From positions 14,641,045-14,705,044 of the forward strand of contig NC_092680.1 in assembly GCF_964355755.1 (NCBI RefSeq): a stretch of DNA of 64,000 nucleotides. Reading direction: 5' to 3'. The position numbers and the translations under genes were made by a program. The notes beneath the pieces were generated by a model that saw nothing but the letters and a program-made list of their open reading frames with translations, searched no databases and was not told the DNA's origin. Source of the stretch: Antedon mediterranea (lineage: Eukaryota; Animalia; Echinodermata). This document shows positions 13,401 through 28,400 of this stretch, piece after piece (the stretch's first letter is position 1; every line of letters begins with the position of its first letter).

Positions 13401-16400
13401 TACCATCCAGCATAAGCTTATTTTAGAACCACCCATTGTAATAAATTCAATAGCTACTACCCCATATTTAAATTAATTGTTGTTTTTGTTGTTGTTTAGT
13501 TTCAAACAGATGAATTAGTTGCAAGTAAGGCAATGTTAAATGATAAAGAGAACACAGTCCAGTCACTTGTATCAAATAATGAGGTATAGTACAGTATTAA
13601 CATTTTTGATTTTATAAATACTTGACTTGCCTATTCAAGTATTCTTTGGAATATCCAAGCTGCATGGGAAAACTACTATAATAATGCTTACAAATGTATA
13701 TTGGTTGACAACACATTTAAAGTGTGTTTGGCTCATATACTACCCTGGTATTAATAATAAAAATATAAAGAGGTATTTGATCGATCAACACGTTGATGAA
13801 TATGAACTAAATGCTGTTGGTTATTTGAATGTAACAAACAGAGTAAAATTGTTACAACTTGTACATGTAAGTAAGTAAGTAATATTTATTGCTTTCCAAA
13901 TACAGTACAAATAAATAAAACAGTATAATGTAAATGAAATAAAAAGAGAAACATTAAATATAAAAATACAAGACTAGACAAGAAAATAAGCATGGAAAGC
14001 AGGGGATGGCCCTTTAAGCCCAGAGGCTTGTTTCCACATAACATTTATTATGGAACATCCATCCCATATATGTATTCCCATTTTGTCAAATTAAGTACCA
14101 CCCATAAACATGAAACCAGATCTAGAAAACATAACTTTCAAATCCCTCGCCTAAATGGTGTTGGACAAACCAGCTTCTATTACAACGGAATAAAAAAACT
14201 GGAATTCTCTTCCAGATTGTATTAAGGCCACAACCTCTACTAAGCTGTTTAAACACAAAGTCAAAGAATATTTTAAGAATGTTACATAATGTTTCCTATA
14301 TGTATTTTCGTTTAATATATTGCTAAAATAAATATAATTAAAGATGTATACATTTTGTCTCAGCTAAATGTACATAAGGACTGGAAATAAGTTACACTGA
14401 AAATGTGAAACTTTATCTAATTATCCTTGGTTCATTTGTTTTGTTACCATTGTTTGACGCCTTCTGTTTTTTGTATATTTCTGGATTTGTCTTTGAATTT
14501 GATGTTTTTGTAATTTGTCTGTTTGAAAATTTGATTGAATTTATTCGGTTCATACATAAAATATATTTTAAGTATGAGCCAAATAAATTCAATCAAATTC
14601 AATCAATCTACAACTGCAATACGATTCTTTCTAGGCCTAGGATTCTAGGTCACGTCAATTCACGGGATTGCCTTCGCTCATGCACTCTTCTTCACACACA
14701 CACCACTATGCAAAATGTGTCGAGGCTAATCGACAGCTAGGCAAGACACATTCAACTAATAATAAGTAGTAATTGGACATAGCCCAAAGAAAGATTAGAC
14801 CTACGAGAATAAAGAATGTGTATAATTTCTGTACTGTATTTTTTTAATTCTGCTATTTCATTATCAAACAATATGCATTTACTCAAAGGAACTTTAAAAA
14901 TGCGTGCACTGTATATGAACACATGAGATGGAAAGATTAGACCCACGAGAATAAAAAATGTATTTTGGTGTAATGTTTATTGTTTAATTTTGCTGACTTA
15001 TTACTCGGACTGTGTCATACCTAACACACACACGTCACACACACACACACTACTACTAGAATAGACATGGGTTTAGAGACTAATAATTAGGCCTAATAGT
15101 ATTAATAGAAACTATAATTTTAACATGTAATTCTTTAGTAATAAATTCTATTACACCATAAACTAAAGGCTGATTATTTCGACAATCCACACAAAACGCC
15201 GCTATTCTTTTATGACATCACATGCCGCAACCACAGCGGAGATAGGCCTAGAATCGTATCGCAGTTGTGTACAGTAATCAATTCTTTTTGCTATACACTT
15301 GGGTGCACACGGAACAAGAACATTTAACTGATGAATTATTCATGTTTATTTTGTGACGTTTCATGAGGGGGCTCCAACTTAAGTACGAAAAAAAAAATTG
15401 CGTCCTGTAAATGCTAGAATTACTTAAAAATGAGGTGACAGATATGTGGGACAGGAAAATTAATTCGGTGAAGGTTAATTTTATTCTATTATGTTTATTT
15501 AAAAACCACAACTACAACAAATTCAGCAATAATAGGATACAAGAATACTAACACAAAATTGCAAAAAACTGAACCATAAATAAAGCTTAGAAGATTAGGA
15601 TTTTTGTTTGTAATTTTAAAACATAATTTGATTTAATGTGCACCTTTTTGATGCGAGTAGTTTAAAAAACCTATTTCTTTTCAAATTCACTCATTTGATT
15701 TTCGCGTTGCTGTTCTATTGTTAGTCAACTGAAGCTATTGTTAATTGAAAGGCTTGTTACATAACCATTACACCGAACTCGCATACACATGCTTTTAGTG
15801 AAGTTAGCCTAAATCACAAACAGCATTAGGACATATACAAATATATATATATTTTTTCCCAGAGAAATCTTAAGTAGGAGAATTTTACAGTAGGTGGAGG
15901 TATGCACTCTTGGGAGTGACTTTCTAGTTTTTATATACAATCTGGATAATATATATTGAAATGGCCTTCGTTCAAGCAGTGTAATAGGTAAATTCTGGCC
16001 CCATAGCACTGTGCTAGCCTACGCTGATCTCGGCAGTATTTGTGAATTAGCATATCTTTTGTAAACCCCTTAGTGGAATTTTATTAATATAAATTTAGTT
16101 TTATGAATATTTTATTTAAATTTTATTAAAGTTACTTTTGCTGAATTTTGTAATTCCGCACTACTTACTTTATCAGGATTCCAAGATGGCGGCTATTTAA
16201 ATTTTGGATTTGGTAATAATGGTTTATGTAAGGGAGCTACTTGTGTTTTACCACATAAATATATTGACAGACTGAGAGATCGGAATGTTCCATTTATCGT
16301 CAAGTATAAACATATATTAAATCTTGTAAATGGTCTTCAATGTTATGATGCTGTACTCGAGCTGTTTAACCAGTCTTCGGCTATTAAAAACAATTATTGT

Positions 16401-19400
16401 AGGTAAATGCAAAGCATCCTCGTATTATGGTGTGCGGGTATTTTTCAGCATCGACACATCTATTAGACAGTGTATACAAACCCATATTTGGGACAAATCG
16501 TTGAACCTAAATACGTTTTAATCGTCAATAACTAATTATCTAACTCAATTAATAATCTTAATTAGTAAACAGGGTTACATTCAGTGGTTAAAACCAGTAG
16601 AAGTTACGCTTGATATTCCGATTTTTGCCCTTACGTAAATTTATATATAGATACTACAGATGCTTTGATAATTCTACCCACTAAAACATTGTTGTTATGC
16701 CATAATAGACACACAATGGTACTGTATTTGTTAAAGCAAACAAATAGTATTCTTGTTATGAATATAACAATAGGCATTTTCAAATAATGCATTTATTGTA
16801 TTATGGAATTCAATAAAACTCAATCCTTTATAATACATTAAAAGGATATTTATTAATTTTTTACTTTTCACATACACTTGTTAACTTGCAAAGTTAAACT
16901 GCGGTGCTGCAAACTGGAGCCATAAAGTTTCCCCAGGTTAAGGCTCCCATTTGACCATATAGTTCTGCTTATTTTTTGGATAAAAAATTATAATTAGAAG
17001 TTTTTGTGCACTTTAAAGAACCTAGTCAATCTAAAGTGTTAGGCACTGCACTGTAACTGATTTGGTCTAAACTAGAGGCCCTATCTGAATTTCCTCAATT
17101 GAGGATGAATAATATAACATTAAAACAAACAAAAAAACTACCATAAAAGCTCATTGATCTTTTCAATATAGTATGGGCTTCTTTTCGAGACTATTTAAAT
17201 ATTAAATGAACATCATGATTTAATGCCAGATAACTTGTGATGCAGGTTTTATAGAAGTTTATATCATACATTTATTTTACAGTTTAAATTGTATTTTCAT
17301 CACAAATCTGTGAAATTGGCAAATAATGTCAAAAAAATCCTATTGTAGTATAGATATTCACAAAATGTACAGAATTCATTTCGAAAAGAAGTTCCCCTCT
17401 TTAGTTTAATAATAATAATAATAATAATATTTATTCGGCAAAAGTTCATAAAGTACATTTTACAATTCATCTTGCCAGGAGCAAGTAATAGGCATGAACC
17501 CAAACAGAAAACTGCTCTTACTCCATCATTACTTATAAAATACAAAAATAACAAAACTAAGTAGCACAAATTAAGTCAAAATAAAACAAAACAAAGTTAC
17601 CCATAACAAAAAGTCTTAGTAGTTATAGCTCTATAGCGGTTAGCCTTATAGTCTATCCGGCTTAGTAGATATAGAGCTGTCGCCTATTTATCACCTACTA
17701 GTAGATAGATATTTGATAGATTTTTTATAGTTGTTAGTAGATTTTTGCCTCATTAGCATATTTCGCGATGACATTAGTAGGCGACACCTACTAAATACAA
17801 CTATGATTAGACTACCAATAATCTATCTAGAATGGATTCTTAATTGGCTATTATTTGGCTTTTAAAAATCTACATTAATTTGCTATTTATGGGCTATTAA
17901 AAATCTACTAATTAAATGACTATTATTGGGCTATTAAAAATCTGTATAAATTGGCTATTATTTGGCAATTAAAAATCTACATAAAATGGCTATAATTTGT
18001 CTACTTAAAATCTACATTATTTGGCTATTAATATACTATTAAAAATCTACTAAATAATTGGCTATTATTTGGCAATTAAAAATCTACATAAAATGGCTAT
18101 AATTTGTCTACTTAAAATCTACATTATTTGGCTATTAATATACTATTAAAAATCTACTAAATAATTGGCTATTATTCAACTACTAAAAATCTACATTATT
18201 TGCCTATTATTGGGCTATTAAAAATCTACATAAAAATGGCTATTATTTGTCTACTAAAAATCTACATTATTTTGCTATTATTGGGCTATTAAAAATCTAC
18301 TTAAAAATGGCTATTATTTGTCTACTAAAAATCTACATTATGTGGCTATTATTGGGCTATTAAAAATCTACATAAAAATGGCTATTATTTGTCTACTAAA
18401 AATCTACATTATTTGGCTATTATTGGGCTATTAAAAATCTACATAAAAATGGCTATTATTTGTCTACTAAAAATCTACATTATTTGGCTATTATTGGGCT
18501 ATTAAAAATCTACATAAAAATGGCTATTATTTGTCTACTAAAAATCTACATTATTTGGATATTATTGGTCTATTAAAAATCTACTTAAAAATGGCTATTA
18601 TTTGTCTACTAAAAATCTACATTATTTGGCTATTATTGGTCTATTAAAAATCTACTTAAAAATGGCTATTATTTGTCTACTAATAATCTACATTATTTGG
18701 CTATTATTGGGCTATTAAAAATCTACACTATTTGGCTATTATTGGGCTGTTAAAAATCTACTTAAAAATGGCTATTATTTGTCTACTAAAAATCTACATT
18801 ATTTGGCTATTATTGGGCTATTAAAAATCTACATTATTTGGCTATTATTGGGCTATTAACAATCTACATATAGATATTATTGGACTATTAAAAATCTACA
18901 TATAACTATTATTGGGCTATTAACAATCTACATATAGATATTATTGGGCTATTAAAAATCTACATATAAATTGGCTATTAAAAATCTACATAAATTAACT
19001 ACTGTTAATTTAGATACTTAAAATCTACAGAAATTAAAAATCTAATCTTTTCTGGCTAAAATACAGATACAGAACAATAATTCATCTTATTGGCAAATAA
19101 CAAATGTATAATGACAATAATAATAACAAATTAATTTTTTTCTCGTATTTGTAAACCTTAATCTTGTCCATACATATGCGAGTCCGAAAACTTTAAGCAC
19201 ATATTTTAACTCAGTTGGACATGTAAAAGGAAGAATACCAAACAACAACAGTTACTTTTGTAACAATTTAGACTTATTAAGTGAAACAAGACATTAGTAA
19301 ACCAAATATACAGTATACATTTTATAAATTTATTTAACAAAAAATTAAGATAGTACATTATTTGTAAACCTTAATATCTTAACCATTGCACATGTTTTAA

Positions 19401-22400
19401 CTCAGCTGGACATGTAAAAGGAAGAATACCAAACAACAACAACAGTTACTTTTGTAACAATTTAGACTTATTAAGTGAAACAAGACATTAGTAACCAAAT
19501 ATACAGTATACATTTTATAAATTTATTTAACAAAAAATTAAGATAGTACAGTATTTGTAAACCTTAATATCTTAACCATAACATTGCACATGTTTTAACA
19601 TCACTTTTGTAACAATCTAGACTTATCAAATGAAACAAGACACAGTATCCAAATATACAGTATACATTTTATTTAAACTTCAAAATTCAAAACAATTCCT
19701 GAATGGAATTAGACCAGACAATAAGAAATGCACCAAATATTGTCACTATTGACATGAAAAATTAATTACGCAAAAGCACACTTCACCATAAATTAATCAT
19801 CTTTGCACTTGACCATCAAATTTGTACTTGTATAGGTTAAAGATCGTCTCTCTGAAAAAAGAATTGTTTAAACATTTTTTTGTTGAATATGCCATTTGAA
19901 TTTTGCTATACAAGGGCTACCTACCAGTAACCTATTAACAGACTATAAAGAAACTGATAATAGCCAGTAACTATTAATAAACTATTTATTTTATATACTT
20001 AGGCCTACTAAGAATTATTACAAATAGATACAGTAGATATAGCTAGATGACCTAGGCCTCTAGGCCTAGATACTGCATTAGAAATCTATTATTTAAATAT
20101 CACAGTTGTAATATCTATCAACTGCATACTTACAATAGCTATACTAGGGCTACCAATAATAACCTATTAATAGACTAGGCTTAGGCCTATTAACAAACTG
20201 ATAATAGGCCTAGGCAGCCCAGTATAACTATTTAGTATTAATATTATAAACTAAAAAATCTATTTTATAATTGAACCCTGGGAAGTAGGCCTACAACTTG
20301 TGGCTTATTACTATGTTTTCATTTATGTACACACCTATAATTATATTATACTGTATAATGCCATTGTTGAATAAATAAATGTTTTTTGAACAACAAATAG
20401 GCAATGTAGGGCCTAGGCTAACTAGTAGTAGGCCTATAAGCCTAGGCTATAAAGTATATTAGGCTAGGCTATTATAATTATAAATTGAATGAAAAATGCC
20501 TAGTGCAATTTAAAAAAGACTAGGCCTAGGCTAGGGCCTACCTAGCTTAGTAGCCTAGCCTAGGCCTACTAACTAATACAGGCCTGGCTAGCTTATAGAG
20601 CCTACTAGAGGCCTACTAGCCTAGCTTCTAGCCTATCAAAAAGGAACACTTTAACTTTAACAAATAAAATGTAAAGATATGGATTGATTCACTTACCACT
20701 AAACTGACATTGTGGTTGGAATAAAAATAAACATTCATGGTCTGATCGAAAAGGCCTACAACAAGCGAATGCTCCTTTTTTCTCTGATCATCTGCATCGT
20801 GCCTGCTGCTGCTGCAAAAAAGAAGCGGGAATTTGGGTGTAACAATTGTTATACACACGCACTAATATATAGACAACGGCTATCTATAACCTATTAACAA
20901 ACTACATTTTACATTTTACATTTAACTTATATTCCATACCTACTAAATATCTATTATATATAGATAGATGGAGGCTACTACAAGTCTATTAGAAATCTAT
21001 GAGTAACACAGTTTTGTATTATCTATCAACTGTCTACTTATAATAGATAGACAACAGCTATCTATAACCTATTAACAAACTACGTTTAACATATATTCCA
21101 TACCTACTAAATATCTATTATATATAGATAGATGGAGACTACTACAAGTCTATTAGAAATCTATGAGTAACACAGTTTTGTATTATCTATCAACTGTCTA
21201 CTTATAATAGATAGACAACAGCTATCTATAACCTATTAACAAACTACGTTTAACTTATATTCCATACCTACTATATCTATTATATATAGTTAGATGGAGA
21301 CTACTACAAGTCTATTAGAAATCTATGAGTAACACAGTTTTGTATTATCTATCAACTGTCTACTTATAATAGATAGACAACAGCTATCTATAACCTATTA
21401 ACAAACTACGTTTAACATATATTCCATACCTACTAAATCTCTATTATATATAGATAGATGGAGACTACTACAAGTCTATTAGAAATCTATGAGTAACACA
21501 GTTTTGTATTATCTATCAACTGTCTACTTATAATAGATAGACAACAGCTATCTATAACCTATTAACAAACTACGTTTAACATATATTCCATACCTACTAA
21601 ATCTCTATTATATATAGATAGCTGGAGACTACTACAAGTCTATTAGAAATCTATGAGTAACACAGTTTTGTATTATCTATCAACTGTCTACTTATAATAG
21701 ATAGACAACAGCTATCTATAACCTATTAACAAACTATGTTTAACATATATTCCATACCTACTAAATATCTATTATATATAGATAGATGGAGACTACTACA
21801 AGTCTATTAGAAATCTATGAGTAACACAGTTTTGTATTATCTATCAACTGTCTATTTATAATAGATAGACAACAGCTATCTATAACCTATTAACAAACTA
21901 CATTTAACTTATATTCCATACCTACTAAATATCTATTATATATAGATAGATGGAGACTACTACAAGTCTATTAGAAATCTATGAGTAACACAGTTTTGTA
22001 TTATCTATCAACTGTCTACTTATAATAGATAGACAGCAGCTATCTATAACCTATTAACAAACTACGTTTAACTTATATTCCATACCTACTAAATATCTAT
22101 TATATATAGATAGATGGAGACTACTACAAGTCTATTAGAAATCTATGAGTAACACAGTTTTGTATTATCTATCAACTGTCTACTTATAATAGATAGACAA
22201 CAGCTATCTATAACCTATTAACAAACTACGTTTAACTTATATTCCATACCTACTAAATATCTATTATATATAGATAGATGGAGACTACTATAAGTCTATT
22301 AGAAATCTATGAGTAACACAGTTTTGTATTATCTATCAACTGTCTACTTATAATAGATAGACAACAGCTATCTATAACCTATTAACAAACTACGTTTAAC

Positions 22401-25400
22401 TTATATTCCATACCTACTAAATATCTATTATATATAGATAGATGGAGACTTCTACAAGTCTATTAGAAATCTATGAGTAACACAGTTTTGTATTATCTAT
22501 CAACTGTCTACTTATAATAGATAGACAACAGCTATCTATAACCTATTAACAAACTACATTTAACTTTTTTTTCATACCTACTAAATATCTATTATATATA
22601 GATAGATGGAGACTACTCCCTGTCTACATAAAAACTCTTAAGGTGAAAAATATCTATTAAAAACTACTAACAATGGTGTAGCTTAAAGACCTACTTTAAA
22701 TAGTGCTACATCAACTATGACACAACTACTTACTGTGTACTTTTAATAGGTAGTACCTATTATGTCACCTATCTATTTTATGTAGTCAGAAAGTAGTCAA
22801 AGAAATTATGATAAAATCCTTAGTAGCCAAGAGAAAAAAACTACTAACGGCCTATTAAGCCTACTAAGGATAGAGCTATTTCTATTAAAGACTATCTAAA
22901 TATACTTAATTATTTCGTTATGGGTATAATGAGATACACCAATTAAAAATAAGCTGCATTGAATAAACAATATAAACAATTACAACTTAATATTTTGAGA
23001 TCAAATGTTTGATGAGTTGGGCTTTAAAGTCTGAAATTGTAGCACATTGTTTAATTTCATTTGGAAGTTGCTCCCATAATCTAGGGAAAATAACAAACGA
23101 TGAATTTAAAAATGTATTGGTCTTTGCCTTCCAATGTATTAACCGCCCTTCACACCTCTCACTTGATCTCATTAAAGGATGATGGACAGAGGCCATGCAT
23201 TATTTTAAAACCTAATGTGAGTCTATACACTTTAAATATATCTTCAATACTTAAAATATTTAGGGTCTTTAACCTATATAAATATGAAGTGTCCCAATTT
23301 CCTTCTTTTCTGTACATAATTATTCTAGTGGCCTTTCTCTGAACCCTTTCAAGTCTATACATATGAGATATTTCAGTAGGTGCCCACATACAACAACAGT
23401 AAGTCACAACAGGTAGTATTAGTGCTTTGTAAAGATTTAGCATTGCCATCCAAGACATTGCTTTACTACATCTTGAAACAAAACCAAGAAGTTTGCTTGC
23501 CTTACTACAAACATAATCTACATGAGAGTGGCATGTTAATTTACTGTTGATATATACACCAAGTAGTTTGAATTCATGGACTTTTTCCGTTGAATCGGAA
23601 TTTGAGTTTGCAAATGTAGTCTAAAAAAGAAGCCCATAATTTAAAATAAGTCCACCCAAGAGTACTAAAAAATTGAGATTTTACAGTATGTAGCAACTAG
23701 TACTATTGCAACATTAATACTTTCATTATTTGGTTTAGTTTAACTAACTGTTTAACTATATTCTTATTAATCTTCCAGCTTATAACATAATTGTAGTTCT
23801 AGTATTGCTTGTTGGTATTGAGATACTTAATTCTGCTTTTAAATCCATTGGGTTTACCTTTCTTAGTCTCTGCAACAGAAAATCATGACTTTACAAAGAC
23901 AATCAGACATGAATGATGCAAGTAGAAATGAAGCAGAGAGGAAAAACGAAGCTCTCCAGCGAAGGTAGGATAGTCAACATGTATATGCGGCATCTAAAAT
24001 CCTTAAATTAGAGATAAACAGAAATATGATTTATTAGCATTTAGTTGAATTGGCTCCAATTAAACTGATTATGTTACATTCACTCATTAATAAAATCGGA
24101 ATTTATTAGGCCATTTTGTAGTTTGAATAAAATGAATTACTTCCGCAGAAAAAACAATGTTTCATTTATAAAAAGACAAAACTATTAACTTTTTTTTTTT
24201 AAATAAATGTTTTTTTTAAATCAATTTGTGGTCAAAGTGAATAACTATTATTGAACATTAAAATGGCATATTCAACCAAATTTTTAAAAATAACTTTAAA
24301 GGTCATGTGCAGGAATGAATTTTACATAAAATTTGCTTATAAAATTTTACTTTGGTTTTCTTGTTTAAAAAGGGTTGATGAATTAGACCTTAAGTTTCGA
24401 AGTTTACAAGCTGCTCATTCCACCATACAATCTGAACATCGTCAAAGAGAAATTTTGTTGGAACAGACCTCACTGTCGCTTAAACTTGTCGAAGAAGAAA
24501 ATGAACAATCAAAACAGGTATGCCTACTGACTGGTTATAAACTCAACCATTTTATTTTATTATTGGTTGTTTTTTATTGAATGTGAAAAACGTGTCGGCA
24601 TATAAACATTTTTAATGGTAACTAGAATTAGGACATTTTGGTACCCAAGAAAAAGTTGGAGAAAAAAAGTAATATTTACAACTTTAGAACTAATTTATAC
24701 ATCTCCATTTTAGACTAAAGATACAATGCTGAAAGAAGCGCTGGCATTGCGAGAATCATTGCAAATATCACGTGCAAAATGTGACAAACTTGGTATGGAA
24801 CTGAGAGATCTTGAAGGTATAAGAAAGGTAGGACGATTTAAAGAAAAAAAAATATTAACATATATCACATGCCAAATGTGACAAACTTAGTATGTAACTG
24901 AGAATTCTTGAAGGTATAAGAAAGGTAGGACGATTTAAAGAAAAAAAAATATTAACATATATCACATGCAAAATGTGACAAACTTAGTATGTAACTGAGA
25001 GATGTTGAAGGTATAAGAAAGGTAGGACGATGTAATGAGAAAAAAATATTAACATATATCACATGCAAAATGTGACAAACTTAGTATGTAACTGAGAGAT
25101 CTTGAAGGTATAAGAAAGGTAGGACGATGTAATAAGAAAAAAATATTAACATATATCACATTCAAAATGTGACAAACTTGGTATGTAACTGAGAGATGTT
25201 GAAGGTATATGAAAGGTAGGATGATGTAATGAGAAAAAAATATTAACATATATCACATGCAAAATGTGACAAACTTGGTATGTAACTGAGAGATGTTGAA
25301 GGTATAAGAAAGGTAGGACGATGTAATGAGAAAAAAATATTAACATATATCACATGCAAAATGTGACAAACTTGGTATGTAACTGAGAGATGTTGAATGT

Positions 25401-28400
25401 ATAAGAAAGGTAGGACGATGTAATGAGAAAAAAATATTAACATATCACATGCAAAATGTGACAAACTTAGTATGTAACTGAGAGATCTTGAAGGTATAAG
25501 AAAGGTAGGACGATGTAATGAGACACTAGATCTTAACAAATATCACACGCAAAGTGGGATGGTATAACACAGATAGGACTATATCATTACAAATATCTTC
25601 TACAAATCTTGGGTTGAACTCATTTTTGTTATATCCAACGCTCGTCACATTGCATATATCCTTAGCCAAGAATTTGCCTCTATCCACCCAGGTGTGCAAA
25701 TAGGCATCTGGTAAGGTCAATCCACAACTAATTACTAGCTGCAGTATGGGAGTCCATACATGTTTGATCCAAAAATTGGCTATTAATATGTACAGCGCTT
25801 AGAGGTTTCACAACATTAGGTGTTTTATAAATCCAGGATATTATATGATATTAGTATGTTTCTGAATGAAATTTTATTTTTTCCAGAATTGTAATATGCT
25901 GACGACAAAGAACACAGATTTATCAACAGAGTTGTTACAGAATCAAAGCATTCTGAATGAACTCCGTAATCAGTTACAAATTGTTGAAGGAGAAAATAAA
26001 AAGATGATCCAAGTAAGTATATTATACTGGTACCTATTTTAGGTGGTGAGTTGTGAAACTTAAGTATTGCTCAAGAAGAACAGGTTTCTTACTGTTTTCC
26101 TCCTTCAAATGTATTTTAAAAGTCATTTCCTAATTGGCAAGAGCTTTCTCTTTGATTTTCAAAAGGTATTATTAAAAAAAAAAATTTATTTCATTCATCA
26201 TTTCAATGTTTGCCCTTTTGCACCATCTCTCCACATCTTACCATCTTTTCCATTATTTTCCTCCAATCTGATTTTTATGCCATCCTTTTTAACATAGGCC
26301 TATCTTTCCAAGATGGACAACCTATTACTTTTCTACCTTCAACTTCTTGAAACCGACTCTACTGCTTCATTTTTATGTAGTAATACCACAAACATTTCTA
26401 CCCCTAAATTCTATATTTTTTTTTTATTACATTGTAGTTTAATTACCTTTAAAGATATATATGTATAGATAAACATTCTATCTTGACCACTTTCCATAAA
26501 TGCCTTACATATTACATACATAATTCTATTCTAATTTCTATTAAACTCTTTCAAGGAACGAGATTCATTTCAAAGTCGTGCAGTTGAACTTGAAGAGACT
26601 TGTTCCGACTTAAGTAATAAACTCTACACATCTTCAGGAACTAAAGAACGTCTGGTACAAGAGAAAGTGGATTTGCAACAACTACTCAAGTATGCTGGTT
26701 TTGAAAAAGAACAAACAATAAATGTAATTCAATTTTATACTCTTTGTAAATTTCAATCAAATGCTGTAATTTGAGAAGGCTTAGACTTGGACATTATTCA
26801 TGTCTGTAACAATGTCTTTCAAGTCATGTGTGCAACATGGCTCATTTGCACGTTAAAGAACGCAGTACACAGTGTACTGCCCAATTCATCTCCAGAAGGA
26901 CTCCACTGAAAACAAGTCTGGAAAGTAAATAACAACAATACTTTTTTCAGGCCTTTAAGAATGAAGACAGACGTCATCTTATAGTAATAGTAAATTATTT
27001 AAGAAACCTTCTTTTGATTACCAATAGTTTATCTCAACATCTTTCTTTTAAAGGCTAAAAGAGAATTAGAGGAAAAGCTGGAAGAATTGAAAACACTGAA
27101 CCACAAGCTCAACACAGATCTTGGAGATGAGAAACAAGACAAAGACTTACTGCAACAAGAATTATTAGCAGTTAAGAAGGTATGCTTTAGGAAAATATGC
27201 ATGTGGTGTAATGAATTGTGCTTTTATAAAGATTTATTATCATCTTCACCTTAACTATGATGAACAAAAGGATGAAGATAATGATCTTGTGATTTAAATA
27301 TCATGTGTCATGACGTATTGTTAGCACGATAATGAAAGAGAAATCTTATAAATCATATCACAATCTATTTATTCTAGTAATAAGGTGTCTTGTTGCATGA
27401 AAGCTGGACCAGTAAGGCTGTGCTAAAATTAAATGCTAATTAGTTGAATCAGTCTTCATCAAACTAGGTCAATCAAGTTTTGCAAACATGCTAGAACATC
27501 ATTTAAAGTTCACATGGAACAACTGGATTGATCATGATAAATCTTCAATATTCAAACCTTTCTATTTTAGGTTGGAGAAGACCTCTCCACTGAACTATCA
27601 ACTGCTAAGAAGAATTTAGAAATTATACAGGAAGATGTTCGGCAACTCCAGGGAGAGAAGAAGTCAGCCCAGCAACATAGTACTTACTGGGAAAATGAGG
27701 TGAAAAGACTTACAGGAGAAAGGGATTCGTATAGCAAGGTACTGTGTATTATTATACAAATAATGAATGAGTTGAAACTTAACCTTTCATCATTCAACAA
27801 ATGGCATTATTTGTACTATTACACGAATATAAAACATTCATTATTTGTTTTATATAACATCGAAATAGATTCCTTTCATTTGAATCAGATTGAATAAAAA
27901 AAAAAGTAGGTCTAGGCCATATTTGATTCACATTGATTGAAACAGTAACATTTGTAATATTATATTTATTTGGATTTTATAATAAACACACCTACTGTAG
28001 TGTTAATTATGTCAACAAACGACCAAACAATCCTAGGCCTAGCCTAATATAACAAGGCCCTAGGCTAGGTTAGAAAGGCAGCGATACCATTATGAAAGTT
28101 CGACAGGCAACTAGAACTCATCTCGGCTAACGTTTTTTCCAACGATTCCACATCTTGTAGAGATTAATTAATCAAATACATACAAACGATTTAAAGCTAA
28201 TTTAAATTCCCTTTTTGGTCTAATTTAGTACATATATCTCCAAAAATGTACACAACATTCAATATTCACGGAGAAAAGTACAAAATAGATTTTTTTTTTT
28301 CGTACATGAAAAAAAGTAATATTGAATGACCTACTGTAGTGTTAATTATGTCAACAAACGACCAAACAATCCTAGGCCTAGCCTAATATAACAAGGCCCT

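Larger units (their letters stand above)
17600..22924. mobile_element. 5.3-kb non-autonomous DNA transposon (CCC...GGG ends, TA TSD; animal EnSpm/CACTA-like) carrying internal satellites
   Basis: TA|CCCATAACAAAA ... TTTCGTTATGGG|TA, plus subterminal inverted similarity (ATAGCTCTAT). No transposase ORF was seen. Confidence 0.7.
17405..23590 (-). mobile_element. CR1/L2-like LINE 3' fragment (ORF2 remnant ~22987-23590; 3' UTR and tail 17405-17599) split by a 5.3-kb insertion
   Basis: LNLYKALILPVVTYCCCMWAP..LERVQRKATRII..PRLWEQLPNEIK..FKAQL is a typical ORF2 C-terminus. A minus-strand AATAAA plus (ATT)n tail lies at 17405-17435. Confidence 0.75.

Noticed and set aside
17843-25522. CRISPR-like appearance of regular repeats
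   Set aside because: Units are head-to-tail with no unique spacers, there are no cas genes, and the context is eukaryotic.
25049-25539. Three near-identical minus-strand ORFs (MLIFFSHY...)
   Set aside because: Antisense translations of the 97-bp tandem repeat.
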